From Patescibacteria group bacterium (GTDB lineage: Bacteria; Patescibacteriota; Patescibacteriia; UBA2591; UBA6264): a stretch of DNA of 64,000 bases. Below are positions 20,547 to 30,354 of the stretch, piece by piece (position 1 is the stretch's first letter; each line of letters starts with the position of its first letter). The position numbers were made by a program, and so were the translations under genes. The notes under the pieces are model-generated. The model made no database searches. It worked only from the letters and a program-made list of their open reading frames with translations, and was not told where the DNA came from. Location of the stretch: positions 22,048 through 86,047 of the forward strand of contig JADHVF010000003.1 in NCBI GenBank assembly GCA_016784145.1. Reading direction: 5' to 3'.

Positions 20547-21481
20547 TTCTTTTATACATAACCGTAATCTTGGTTGCTTCGATTGCTCTTGTGAAAAGCA
20601 CTCAAGCAATAATAAAAACAATGGACTACATTGCTAAATATTTTCATATTCCTGAGTTCGTAATTGCTTTCATTCTAGCTGGGATTATTACTTCTTTCCC
20701 TGAACTTTTTATAGGAATAACCTCAGCAATTAATAATACCCCTGTGCTTGGTTTTAGTAATGTTATTGGATCAAATATTGCTGACTTAACATTAATTTTA
20801 GGATTGATTATTATTTTAGCCAGAGGGATAAAATATGAGTCAAGAATTATTTCGCAAAATATTATCTACACATTTATTTTAATTATTTATCCAATCTTAT
20901 TAGCATCTGATGGGCTAGTGTCAAGAATTGATGGAGTCGGGTTGTTAATTATTTTTATTTTATATAATGTAATCCTGTTTTTTCAAAGCCAAGATTTTAG
21001 TAAAACTTTTTCAGGGGCTAGAAGAAAAGATTTAATAAAAAACATCTGGATACTTAGTATTAGCATAATTTTTATAATAATTAGCTCAAGTATTATTGTT
21101 AAGATGTCTCAGATTCTTGCTTTAAAAATAAATGCATCATTATTTGTAGTTGGTTTATTTTTAGTTGCAGTGGCTACTTCTTTGCCAGAACTAACACTTG
21201 GCATAAAGTTAATATCTGAAAAACGAAAAGAAATAATTATAGGAAATATATTAGGGTCTTTAGCTGCTAATTCAACCGCCATTATCGGCATCATAGCCAT
21301 AATATCTCCTATCATGATAAAAACATATAAAGAATTTTTGAGCAGTGTTATTTTTATGATTGCCTCTTATTTCATCTTTGTTTGGTTTTCCAAAACAGAC
21401 AAGGGTTTTACGAAAAAAGAAGGATTGATTTTGTTATTAGCTTATATTAGTTTTATTATTATTCAATCTTTGATAAAATAA
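20543..21481 (+). CDS. Na+/Ca2+ exchanger (CaCA/YrbG family)
   Basis: Two alpha repeats TSFPEL...GSN and TSLPEL...GS. Confidence 0.9.
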   Translation: MILLYITVILVASIALVKSTQAIIKTMDYIAKYFHIPEFVIAFILAGIITSFPELFIGITSAINNTPVLGFSNVIGSNIADLTLILGLIIILARGIKYESRIISQNIIYTFILIIYPILLASDGLVSRIDGVGLLIIFILYNVILFFQSQDFSKTFSGARRKDLIKNIWILSISIIFIIISSSIIVKMSQILALKINASLFVVGLFLVAVATSLPELTLGIKLISEKRKEIIIGNILGSLAANSTAIIGIIAIISPIMIKTYKEFLSSVIFMIASYFIFVWFSKTDKGFTKKEGLILLLAYISFIIIQSLIK

Positions 21482-21485
21482 CAAT

Positions 21486-22775
21486 ATGTATATATATTTA
21501 AAAAACATTACTAAACATCTAAACAAGGAAGTTGTTCTTAAGGGGTGGGTTTTTAATTTTCGATCAGCTGGTTCTCTTTATTTTATTCAATTCAGAGACG
21601 GCACAGGAGAAATTCAGGGCATAATATCAAAAAAAGATATTGACAATCAGTCATGGGAAAATTGTAATAAATTAACAATTGAATCGTCTATAAAAATACA
21701 AGGCAAAGTTTATGCTGACAAAAGATCTCCGTCTGGATATGAAATGCAAGTAAATAAAATGGAAATCATCTCTGTGGCCGAAGAATACCCCATCGGAAAA
21801 AAAGCTCATGGTTCTAATTTTCTAATGAATAATAGACATTTATGGGTTAGGTCAAATAAACAAAGAGCTATTTTAAAAATAAGAGATGAAGTCATATTTT
21901 CTATTCGTTCATTTTTTAAAGAACAGGGCTTTATTCTAACTGATTCTCCTGTTTTAACTCCCACTTCATGCGAAGGCACAACTAATCTTTTTAAAACAAA
22001 ATACTTTGACAAAAATGCATTTTTATCTCAAACAGGACAATTGTATATTGAATCACTAATATATTCATTCGGCAAAGTTTATGATTTTGGTCCAACTTTT
22101 AGGGCTGAAAAATCGAAAACACGCCGACATTTAACAGAATTTTGGATGATGGATGCAGAAGCCGCCTTTGTTGAACATCAAGCTAATATGAAAACACAGG
22201 AAGAGTTGATTGCATGGATAATTAAATGGGTGCTTAAAAATTGTTCCAAAGAATTAGCCATAATAGAAAGAGACATTACTTTATTAAAAAAAATAAAAAC
22301 TCCATTTCCTGTTGTCACTTACAAAGAAATGATAACTGAATTACAAAACCAGGGAGTAAAAATAAAAATGGGAGACGATTTTGGTGGAGACCATGAAACA
22401 ATCATATCATCAATGTTTAACTCACCAGTGTTTATTGAAAAATATCCAGCTAAAATCAAGGCATTTTACATGAAGCCTGATTCAATAAATTCAGAATTTG
22501 TTTTAAACAATGATTTAATTGCCCCAGAAGGATATGGAGAAATTATTGGTGGCTCTCAAAGAATTGATGACGTAGACACATTAAAGAAAAAAATAAAAGA
22601 ATTTAAGCTCGACCCAAAACCATTAGAATGGTATATTGACTTAAGAAGATATGGTTCCGTGCCACACTCTGGTTTCGGATTAGGATTAGAGAGAATCATC
22701 ACTTGGATTTGCAAATTATCACATGTTAGAGAGTCTATTCCATTTCCAAGATTGATAAATAGACTAAATCCATAA
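21486..22775 (+). CDS. asnS: Asparagine--tRNA ligase
   Basis: FRAEKSKTRRHLTEFWM, GEIIGGSQR, YGSVPHSGFGLGLER. Confidence 0.95.
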   Translation: MYIYLKNITKHLNKEVVLKGWVFNFRSAGSLYFIQFRDGTGEIQGIISKKDIDNQSWENCNKLTIESSIKIQGKVYADKRSPSGYEMQVNKMEIISVAEEYPIGKKAHGSNFLMNNRHLWVRSNKQRAILKIRDEVIFSIRSFFKEQGFILTDSPVLTPTSCEGTTNLFKTKYFDKNAFLSQTGQLYIESLIYSFGKVYDFGPTFRAEKSKTRRHLTEFWMMDAEAAFVEHQANMKTQEELIAWIIKWVLKNCSKELAIIERDITLLKKIKTPFPVVTYKEMITELQNQGVKIKMGDDFGGDHETIISSMFNSPVFIEKYPAKIKAFYMKPDSINSEFVLNNDLIAPEGYGEIIGGSQRIDDVDTLKKKIKEFKLDPKPLEWYIDLRRYGSVPHSGFGLGLERIITWICKLSHVRESIPFPRLINRLNP

Positions 22776-22784
22776 GAACAACAT

Positions 22785-22813
22785 TTGACACAAACTTATA
22801 ATTATGATATAAT
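22785..22813 (+). promoter_or_regulatory. Consensus sigma70 promoter for the leader peptide/tRNA-Asn
   Basis: TTGACA, 17 bp, TATAAT with extended TG. Confidence 0.85.
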
Positions 22814-22820
22814 ATAAATA

Positions 22821-22880
22821 ATGAAATATATTAAAAAAATAAATAATAATAATGATGATAACCGTTTCCAGCGGACTTGA
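22821..22880 (+). CDS. Asn/Asp-rich leader peptide MKYIKKINNNNDDNRFQRT
   Basis: ATG at the predicted +1; seven consecutive Asn/Asp codons; 3' end carries the antiterminator strand. Confidence 0.75.
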   Translation: MKYIKKINNNNDDNRFQRT

Positions 22881-22936
22881 TTTGTTATTAAAGCAACACA
22901 AAAACAACCAATGTCCGCTAAATAGGCGGATTTTTT
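22870..22936 (+). promoter_or_regulatory. Attenuator: antiterminator (22870-22876 with 22913-22919) versus terminator (22914-22936)
   Basis: AGCGGAC is the exact reverse complement of GTCCGCT; TCCGC...GCGGA followed by TTTTTT. Confidence 0.75.
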
Positions 22937-22947
22937 AGTATCATTGT

Positions 22948-23020
22948 TCTCCCGTAGTTCAATTGGCAGAACGCTACACTGTTAATGTAGATGTTGCAAG
23001 TTCGAATCTTGCCGGGAGAG
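22948..23020 (+). tRNA. tRNA-Asn(GTT)
   Basis: TCTCCCG/CGGGAGA; CTACA-CTGTTAA-TGTAG. Confidence 0.96.
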
Positions 23021-23129
23021 CAATGCTACTAAACACTATCAATGTCAGTCCCTGACAAGTATCTAGTGAAAAGAAATAACAAGAGATTTCTGTTTGAATA
23101 AAAATACATGTATGGTATAATAAAAACAT

Positions 23130-24533
23130 ATGAAAAGAATTTGGGCTAAGCAAGCAACAAAAAAAATTAACTCAACTATTAAACTTTGTGGTTGGATTAA
23201 TACAAAAAGAAGCATGGGAGAAATTGTATTCATTGACCTAAGAGATAGGTCTGGAATAATACAAATTGTTTTTGTTGAAAAAGAACTCGACCAAGAATCA
23301 AGACAAACAATCAAAGAGATTAGAAATGAATTTGTAGTTGAAATAGAAGGAATCGTGAACAAGCGACCTCTTAATCAAATAAATAAAAACATTGTTTGCG
23401 GAGAAATAGAGGTGTTGGCTAAAAAAATAACCATATTAAGCAAAGCAAAAACTCCTGTATTTGAAATTAACAACGAAAAACTTCAAGCAAATGAAGAAAT
23501 GCGCTTAAAATATAGATACTTGGACCTGCGACATGAACGCATGAAAGATAATCTTGTTCTTAGACACAAAATAACAAAAACTATTCGTGATTTTTTAGAT
23601 AAAGAAGATTTTCTAGAAGTTGAAACACCTATTTTAACCAAAGGGACGCCTGAAGGAGCTAGAGAATACATTGTGCCCTCTCGACTTTATCCAGGAGAAT
23701 TTTACGTATTACCACAAGCACCGCAACAATTCAAACAACTCTTAATGGTCGGGGGCATTGAAAAATATTTTCAAATAGCTCGCTGTTTTAGAGACGAAGA
23801 CACTAGAGGAGATAGACAGCCTGAATTTACTCAAATCGATATAGAGATGAGCTTTATTTCACAATCAGACATACTAGATTTAATAGAAAAAATGATTATA
23901 GAAATTATTAAAAAAACATCTCCTCAAAAAAAAATAACTAAAATTCCTTTTCCAAGAATTACTTACAAACAAGCAATGACAAAATATAAGTCAGACAAAC
24001 CTGACATACGACAAAATAAAAATGATAAAGATGAATTAGCTTTTTGTTTTATCACTGACTTTCCTTTGTTCTCACCCACTAATTCTAAAAAAGGACTAAC
24101 CTCAACTCATCACCCTTTTACGTCTCCGATTAAGAAAGATATTAAAACGTTTGTTGATGACCCTCTTAATGCAACTGCCCTCCAGTATGACCTTGCTTGC
24201 AATGGAATGGAGTTAGGAGGCGGTTCAATCAGGATACATAAAAGAGAAACACAAGAAAAAATATTTAAAATATTAAAATTATCAGACAAAGAAATCAAAA
24301 GAAGATTTAATCATCTTTTGAATGCTTTTGAATATGGCGTTCCTCCTCATGGAGGAGTTGCCCTTGGCTTGGATAGAATTGCGATGATGTTGGCTAATGA
24401 AAAAAATATTAGAGAAGTAATTGCTTTTCCAAAAACATCTGATGCTAGAGATTTAATGATGGGAGCCCCAAGTGAAATACCAGCTAAACAAATCAAAGAA
24501 TCAAATATCAAAATTATTAATGAAAAAAAATGA
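23130..24533 (+). CDS. aspS: Aspartate--tRNA ligase (bacterial type, GAD domain absent)
   Basis: RLKYRYLDLR, TPEGAREY, CFRDED, HHPFT, GGGSIRIH, PPHGG. Confidence 0.95.
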   Translation: MKRIWAKQATKKINSTIKLCGWINTKRSMGEIVFIDLRDRSGIIQIVFVEKELDQESRQTIKEIRNEFVVEIEGIVNKRPLNQINKNIVCGEIEVLAKKITILSKAKTPVFEINNEKLQANEEMRLKYRYLDLRHERMKDNLVLRHKITKTIRDFLDKEDFLEVETPILTKGTPEGAREYIVPSRLYPGEFYVLPQAPQQFKQLLMVGGIEKYFQIARCFRDEDTRGDRQPEFTQIDIEMSFISQSDILDLIEKMIIEIIKKTSPQKKITKIPFPRITYKQAMTKYKSDKPDIRQNKNDKDELAFCFITDFPLFSPTNSKKGLTSTHHPFTSPIKKDIKTFVDDPLNATALQYDLACNGMELGGGSIRIHKRETQEKIFKILKLSDKEIKRRFNHLLNAFEYGVPPHGGVALGLDRIAMMLANEKNIREVIAFPKTSDARDLMMGAPSEIPAKQIKESNIKIINEKK

Positions 24534-25426
24534 ATATTTTAATTTCTGCTTTTAAAAATATTTTTCGAAATTTTTGGCTATCAATAGCAAGCATAGTAAT
24601 TATTCTCTTAATGCTTTTCTCTATAAGCTTAATCTATACAATAAATACAATCAGCCAAACAATGCTTGAGTCCTTTGAACAAAAAATGGATTTAAGCATT
24701 TACCTCAAGCAAAATATCAATCAAGATACAATTGAATCACTTAAAGCAGAATTAAAAAAACTTGAACAAGTGAAAGAAATTAAATACTTAAACCCAGCTG
24801 AATCGCTTGAAAAATTTAAAGAAAGGCACAAGGCCAACCAGGATATCTTAAATTCGCTTGAAGAACTAGGAGAAAATCCACTAGGAGCAACAATTACTCT
24901 AAAATTTCAAGACCCAACTGCCTATCAATCAGTTTTATCAATAATTAGCAACCCAAATTATGAAAAAATAATTCAAGACCAAGATTTTCATGATTATCAA
25001 AAATTAATAGATACTTTTAATAATTTTAATAGAAAAATATATTTTATTGGGTCATTTATTAGCATATTATTTTTGTTAATATCTTTGCTAGTTATTTTTA
25101 ATTCTATTAAATTAGGAGCTATTCACAAACAAGAAGAAATACAAATAATGAGATTAATGGGAGCCACTTCGTGGCTTATTAAGGCTCCGTTCTTAATAGA
25201 AGGCATTATTTATGCCACATCAGCATGGATACTGAATGTTCTAATTTTGGCTGGAATATCATGGTCAATAGAATCTCGTATTCAAAAATTTTTAGAAATA
25301 GATTTTAATATTTATGAACAATTAGAAACAAATGGAATTAGTTTTCTATTTATTCTGTTAATATATGCTGTTATAATTTCAATAACTGGCAGTAGTTTAG
25401 CTATAAAGAAATATCTAAAATTTTAA
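24530..25426 (+). CDS. ftsX: Cell division permease-like FtsX
   Basis: RNFWLS, ENPL, EIQIMRLMGAT...PFLIEG. Confidence 0.9.
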   Translation: MNILISAFKNIFRNFWLSIASIVIILLMLFSISLIYTINTISQTMLESFEQKMDLSIYLKQNINQDTIESLKAELKKLEQVKEIKYLNPAESLEKFKERHKANQDILNSLEELGENPLGATITLKFQDPTAYQSVLSIISNPNYEKIIQDQDFHDYQKLIDTFNNFNRKIYFIGSFISILFLLISLLVIFNSIKLGAIHKQEEIQIMRLMGATSWLIKAPFLIEGIIYATSAWILNVLILAGISWSIESRIQKFLEIDFNIYEQLETNGISFLFILLIYAVIISITGSSLAIKKYLKF

Positions 25427-26481
25427 TGAAAATAAAAGAATTTGATTATTTTCTTCCTAAAAAAAATATTGCTCAATCACCATGTAAGCCTCGAGATAAT
25501 GCGAGGCTTATGATTTTAGATGTAAAGAATAAATCCATTAAACATGACTATTTTTATAACATTCATAAATATTTAAAAGCCACAGATGTATTGGTGGCTA
25601 ACAACACAAAAGTTATTCCAGCTCGTATTTATGGCAAAAAAATAAATAAAAATTCCTTGGAAGGAAAAATAGAAATTTTATTATTAAAACAAATAAAACT
25701 ACCTGCTAGAACGTGCTCTTGGGAAGCAATGGCAAAGGGACGAATCAAGGCAGGCAAGCAAGTTGAATTTGACAAAGAATTAATTGGTATTTTCAATAAA
25801 AAAATAACAAAACAAACCTGGCAGATTAACTTTAACTTAAGCAATGATAATTTTATTAAAAAAATAAATAAAATAGGCCAAACCCCAACCCCTCCATACA
25901 TAAAACAGCTGTCTAATTTAAAAGAATACCAAACAATATATGCGGTTCATCCTGGGTCAGCTGCTGCCCCAACAGCAGGATTCCATTTTACAAAAAAATT
26001 AATAACCAAAATAAAAAATAAAAAAATCTCATTTGAATTTATCACTCTTCACGTTGGCTTAGGAACATTCCAGCCAATAAGAACTAATAATATTAAAGAA
26101 CATAAAATTCATCCTGAATGGGCATCAATAAATATACAGACCAAAACAAAACTAAATAAAGCTAAACAAAATAACCAAAGAATAATAGCAGTCGGCACCA
26201 CCACAACCAGGGCAATAGAATCTTTTGCCAGTCCAGACAAATTATTGCGTTCAAGTAAAAAATGGGTAGATCTTTTTATTGTGCCTGGATATAAATTTAA
26301 ATTTATTGACGGCTTAATCACTAACTTTCATCTACCAAAATCAAGCTTGTTAATGATGGTGTCTGCTTTGGCTGGCCAAAAATTCATACTAAAAGCATAT
26401 AAGCAGGCAATTGTCAAAAATTATAGATTTTATTCATTTGGTGATGCAATGTTTATAAAAAACTTTAATAATATTGATTAA
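25426..26481 (+). CDS. queA: S-adenosylmethionine:tRNA ribosyltransferase-isomerase
   Basis: NTKVIPAR, PPYI, AAPTAGFHF, TNFHLPKS, YRFYSFGD. Confidence 0.97.
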   Translation: MKIKEFDYFLPKKNIAQSPCKPRDNARLMILDVKNKSIKHDYFYNIHKYLKATDVLVANNTKVIPARIYGKKINKNSLEGKIEILLLKQIKLPARTCSWEAMAKGRIKAGKQVEFDKELIGIFNKKITKQTWQINFNLSNDNFIKKINKIGQTPTPPYIKQLSNLKEYQTIYAVHPGSAAAPTAGFHFTKKLITKIKNKKISFEFITLHVGLGTFQPIRTNNIKEHKIHPEWASINIQTKTKLNKAKQNNQRIIAVGTTTTRAIESFASPDKLLRSSKKWVDLFIVPGYKFKFIDGLITNFHLPKSSLLMMVSALAGQKFILKAYKQAIVKNYRFYSFGDAMFIKNFNNID

Positions 26482-26522
26482 GCTTGATTTTTTTTAAAAA
26501 AAAAGTAAAATAAAAATATATT

Positions 26523-26597
26523 GGCCAGGTAGCCAAGTGGTAAGGCATGTGTCTGCAAAACACTTATACGCGGGTTCGATTCCCGTCCTGGCCTCCA
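26523..26597 (+). tRNA. tRNA-Cys(GCA), CCA encoded
   Basis: GGCCAGG/CCTGGCC-T-CCA; CTGCAAA loop. Confidence 0.93.
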
Positions 26598-26632
26598 TAA
26601 AGCGATAATTAATTAATAATTATTAATAATGT

Positions 26633-27556
26633 ATGGAGAGAAAAAAATTTATAATTATTGATGCTTCTGCCACATTACATCGATCATGGCATGCTATTCC
26701 AAAATTAACCGACCCAAAAGGTCGGATAATTAATGCTGTTTATGGATTTACTGTATTATTACTAAAACTAATAAGAGAACAAAACCCCGAGTACATTGTA
26801 GTTGCTCTTGATACAAAAGGGCCAACTTTTAGACACAAAAAATACAAAGAATACAAAGCCGGCAGGACAAAACAACCACAAGAATTTTATGACCAATTTC
26901 CAATCATGAAAAAAGTGTTAGATTGTTTTTCAATTCCTTATTTTGAAAAAAAAGGACTAGAGGCAGACGACATAATAGGGACTATTACAAATAAAATAAA
27001 TAAAAAAAATACCGACTTTATTATTATAAGTAGCGATGCTGATTTATTTCAATTAATCAACAAAAATTCATTTGTCTATTATTTAGGACATGGAATTTCC
27101 AAGGCAAAAATTTATAAACAAAAGGATATTATTAAAAAATTTGGCATACTACCAGAACAGTTAGTAGAAATGAAGGCATTAACAGGCGACCCAAGTGATA
27201 ATATTAAGGGAATAAAAGGCATTGGGCTGAAAACAGCTACTAATTTAATAAAAGAATTTAAAAATATTGAAAATCTTTATAAATATTTAAAAAAACAAGA
27301 AACAATGTCTTCTAAAAAACCCTGCCTGCCAAAGCCTTTAGTAGAATTACTTATAAAAAATAAAAAAAATGCTTACTTGTCAAAAGAGCTTGTAACTATT
27401 GAAAAAAATATCAAAAAATTATCTCTTGATAAAATAAAACCATTTAATGAAACAAATTTAAATGAAATTAAAAAAATTTTTGAAAAATTAGGATTTAATA
27501 ATCTTTTAAAAAAAATTGCCAAGCAAGGACTTGGACAAAAAAATAAATTATTTTAA
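26633..27556 (+). CDS. Stand-alone 5'-3' exonuclease (Pol I N-terminal/FEN-like)
   Basis: NAVYGF, YKAGR, EADDIIGT, GDPSDNIKGIKGIG; no polymerase domain. Confidence 0.9.
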   Translation: MERKKFIIIDASATLHRSWHAIPKLTDPKGRIINAVYGFTVLLLKLIREQNPEYIVVALDTKGPTFRHKKYKEYKAGRTKQPQEFYDQFPIMKKVLDCFSIPYFEKKGLEADDIIGTITNKINKKNTDFIIISSDADLFQLINKNSFVYYLGHGISKAKIYKQKDIIKKFGILPEQLVEMKALTGDPSDNIKGIKGIGLKTATNLIKEFKNIENLYKYLKKQETMSSKKPCLPKPLVELLIKNKKNAYLSKELVTIEKNIKKLSLDKIKPFNETNLNEIKKIFEKLGFNNLLKKIAKQGLGQKNKLF

Positions 27557-27561
27557 TTATT

Positions 27562-28329
27562 ATGCTTACTTTTTTTTACGGAAATGATGTAATAAATTCA
27601 AGGCAAGCCTTGAATAAAAAAATAAATGATGAAAAACAAATATCAAATTTGGATGTATTAAATATTTCTGGAGAAAAAGTAACAATTGACAACTTACGAA
27701 AAAAAACTTTGACAAATAGAATGTTCTCAAGAAAAAAAATAATTATTATTGAACGGATAATCACAGAAAATGAACTACTAAAAGACAAGCAAGCAACAGA
27801 AGAAATAATAAATATCTTGAAGCAATTTAAAGGCAAACAAAATATCGACAAGACCATTATTGTTTGGGATGAAAAAATCGAAGAAAGAAAACTAAATATA
27901 AATCAAACAAAAATATTAAAAATATTGAAACAAGCTGATAAAATAACTAAATTTGAAATACCAGAAAAAACATGGAGCCTAGTTGATGCCATAATAGATA
28001 AAAATAAAATTACAGCAATCAAACTTCTGTCTCAAGAAATAAATAAAAAAAATTTTAATCAATTTCTATCTATTTTGTCTTCTCAATATATATCAATCAT
28101 AAAAATAAAAGAATATATTAGTGCCAAACAAAACTACTCCATAGAAACAATGGCCAAAGAATTATCATTGCATCCATTTGTTTGTAAAAAATCATTAACA
28201 AGAGCAAATAATTACAAAGCAAATGAATTAAAAAAAATCCATCATAAACTTTTAATGATAGATCTCTGGAGTAAAACCAAATCAATTAACCCAAAAATTC
28301 TTTTAGAGTTATTTGTATTAAAAAATTAA
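27562..28329 (+). CDS. holA: DNA polymerase III delta subunit (short)
   Basis: FFYGND start, LHPFV, DLWSKT C-terminus; adjacent to rpsT. Confidence 0.75.
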   Translation: MLTFFYGNDVINSRQALNKKINDEKQISNLDVLNISGEKVTIDNLRKKTLTNRMFSRKKIIIIERIITENELLKDKQATEEIINILKQFKGKQNIDKTIIVWDEKIEERKLNINQTKILKILKQADKITKFEIPEKTWSLVDAIIDKNKITAIKLLSQEINKKNFNQFLSILSSQYISIIKIKEYISAKQNYSIETMAKELSLHPFVCKKSLTRANNYKANELKKIHHKLLMIDLWSKTKSINPKILLELFVLKN

Positions 28330-28331
28330 TT

Positions 28332-28604
28332 TTATTTTTTAATTGTAAGTTCTTTTAACTTTTTATATAATCTAGATTTTTTTCTTGCACCAGTATTCTT
28401 TTTTAGCGTTCCTTTCTGAATTGCTTTATCAATTTCTTTTTGTAATTTTAAATACAATTCTGAAGCTTTCTTTGTGTTTTTAGCTAAAACTAATTTCAAA
28501 AATTTCTTTTGTGTCCACTTTATGGTGGCTTTTCTTTTTTTGTTTCTAATTTGTCTTTTATTTGACTGCCTCAAGGCTTTGATGGCAGATTTTTTAATTG
28601 GCAT
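28332..28604 (-). CDS. rpsT: 30S ribosomal protein S20
   Basis: MPIKKSAIKALRQ, IDKA, KNTGARKKSRL. Confidence 0.95.
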   Translation of the reverse strand: MPIKKSAIKALRQSNKRQIRNKKRKATIKWTQKKFLKLVLAKNTKKASELYLKLQKEIDKAIQKGTLKKNTGARKKSRLYKKLKELTIKK

Positions 28605-28616
28605 ATAATATATGGT

Positions 28617-28886
28617 TTAAAATTGCTCCTCTTCTTCAAGCATGCTTGATTCTTTTTCTATTAACTTGTCCCATTGATCTCTACCATCAATCAATATCTT
28701 TAATCTTGACTTAAAATCTTCATTAAACTCTTTTATCATTTTCGGGTCTTTAATAAAAATTTCACACAAATCTTCCATAGCTGGTTCTGGCAAGATAGGT
28801 AAAAAAATCAATAAATCATTTTGATCTTCAGCTGAAATATTTGAAGAAACAATAATATTTTTTATTTTATCTAAAATCTTAGACAT
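28617..28886 (-). CDS. Hypothetical protein
   Basis: ORF in tandem with rpsT. Confidence 0.6.
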   Translation of the reverse strand: MSKILDKIKNIIVSSNISAEDQNDLLIFLPILPEPAMEDLCEIFIKDPKMIKEFNEDFKSRLKILIDGRDQWDKLIEKESSMLEEEEQF

Positions 28887-28905
28887 TTATTTTTGCATTC
28901 AAAGC

Positions 28906-29172
28906 TTAATTTGAATCTTTAAGAAAAGATGGATTTTTTCTAATTAAATCAGCCATATCTCTACTGTATAAAAATACTTTCTTTAAATTGGATTCTGGAT
29001 ATTTCTTGATTTCATCCATGTTGCGAGAATCATTTTCAGTAAACAAATTTAAAACTTCCTGACTAGGGTCTTCCCATCTTTCAATAATTTGTTCAATTAT
29101 TTTGCCAGTGCTTTCTTTTTCTTGACTGGGAGCTTCTGGCATTTGCTCTGGTTGATTGAAGGAAAATTTCAT
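28906..29172 (-). CDS. Hypothetical protein
   Basis: ORF with upstream TTGACA, 17 bp, TATACT promoter. Confidence 0.55.
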   Translation of the reverse strand: MKFSFNQPEQMPEAPSQEKESTGKIIEQIIERWEDPSQEVLNLFTENDSRNMDEIKKYPESNLKKVFLYSRDMADLIRKNPSFLKDSN

Positions 29173-29287
29173 ATAATTTCTAAAATATAATCCCCCTCTC
29201 CTCTAATTAATTATCTTTAACTTAATAAGAGTATATAACATTTAAATTAACTTGTCAATATTAATATAAAAACCTATAATTATTATC

Positions 29288-29854
29288 ATGATATATGCTA
29301 TTTTTGGAAAAATTTTAGCCAAGCAAACCAAGACAATAATACTTGAAGTAAATAATTTATTTTTTGAAATTTTTGTTACAAATTCTTTTATAAACAAAAC
29401 AAAAATAGACCAAGATATTAAATTGTTTACTTATTTAGCCGTAAAAGAAGAAGCATTTCAATTATATGGATTTGAAAGCGAAGAAGAGTTGAATTATTTT
29501 AAATTATTAAAAAAAATCTCTGGCATCGGACCCAAGTCAGCCATAAATATTTTATCTTTAGTTGGTATAAATAATTTGGAAAAAGCAATTTTAGAAAAAG
29601 ATTCTAACGTACTAACAAAAGTATCTGGAATTGGATCTAAAATTGCTGAAAAAATTATTTTAGAACTAAAAGGAAAAATCAAAGCAACAATTAAAACTTA
29701 TACATCTATTGATGATGAAACAACAATCGATGCACTAACAAGTCTAGGATATTCCATGCAAGAATCTAGGCAAGTAATAAAAAAAATTCCAGATAATATG
29801 ATAAATGCTGAAGATAGAGTTAAACAAGCATTAAAAATTTTATCTGGAAAATAA
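29288..29854 (+). CDS. ruvA: Holliday junction branch migration protein RuvA
   Basis: LYGF, SGIGPKSA, GIGSKIAEKIILEL, ALTSLGYS. Confidence 0.95.
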   Translation: MIYAIFGKILAKQTKTIILEVNNLFFEIFVTNSFINKTKIDQDIKLFTYLAVKEEAFQLYGFESEEELNYFKLLKKISGIGPKSAINILSLVGINNLEKAILEKDSNVLTKVSGIGSKIAEKIILELKGKIKATIKTYTSIDDETTIDALTSLGYSMQESRQVIKKIPDNMINAEDRVKQALKILSGK

Positions 29855-29938
29855 ATAATTAATGATTAATGATTAGTGATTAGTGATTAGTGATTAATGA
29901 TTAATGATTAATAATTAATGATTAGTGATTAATGATTA
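29855..29938. repeat. Heptamer tandem array (TGATTAA/TGATTAG), about 12 units
   Basis: Fills the entire gap between convergent ruvA and rplU. Confidence 0.92.
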
Positions 29939-30325
29939 TTTCGTTTTCTTAACCGTGCTTTTAGCCGGTTTTTTCTTAACCGTGCTTTTAGCCGGTTTTT
30001 TTACTTGGGCAGAAGTAAATGACAAAATCTTGATTTTTGTCTGTAATTGTCTATGCCCTTGTTTTCTTTTATAACGATTTTTACTTTTGTATTTAATGAC
30101 AACAATCTTTGGAGCTTTTTGTTGCTCTAAAATTTCAGCCTTAACAACCATTTTAAGTAATGGTTTGCCTATTTCAATTTTTTTAGACAAATCAAAAAAC
30201 AACAAAACATTATCTAGCATTATTTTGTCACCTGGTTGGCCATCAATTTTCTCTATATTTAATAAATCTCCCTTTTTTACAAGATATTGTTTTCCTCCTG
30301 TTTTTAATACTACAAATTTTTCCAT
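29936..30325 (-). CDS. rplU: 50S ribosomal protein L21 with a Lys-rich tail (27-bp duplication)
   Basis: KTGGKQY, GHRQ; KKPAKSTVK repeated twice. Confidence 0.96.
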   Translation of the reverse strand: MEKFVVLKTGGKQYLVKKGDLLNIEKIDGQPGDKIMLDNVLLFFDLSKKIEIGKPLLKMVVKAEILEQQKAPKIVVIKYKSKNRYKRKQGHRQLQTKIKILSFTSAQVKKPAKSTVKKKPAKSTVKKTK

Positions 30326-30354
30326 ATTTAATTTATTTTAATAAAAAAACAAAC

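Noticed and set aside
26633-27556. polA pseudogene
   Set aside because: Clean ORF ending at the domain boundary; stand-alone 5'-3' exonucleases are common.
29944-29997. 27-bp tandem duplication in rplU; acidic tracts in nusA and rplS
   Set aside because: Ordinary low-complexity protein extensions.
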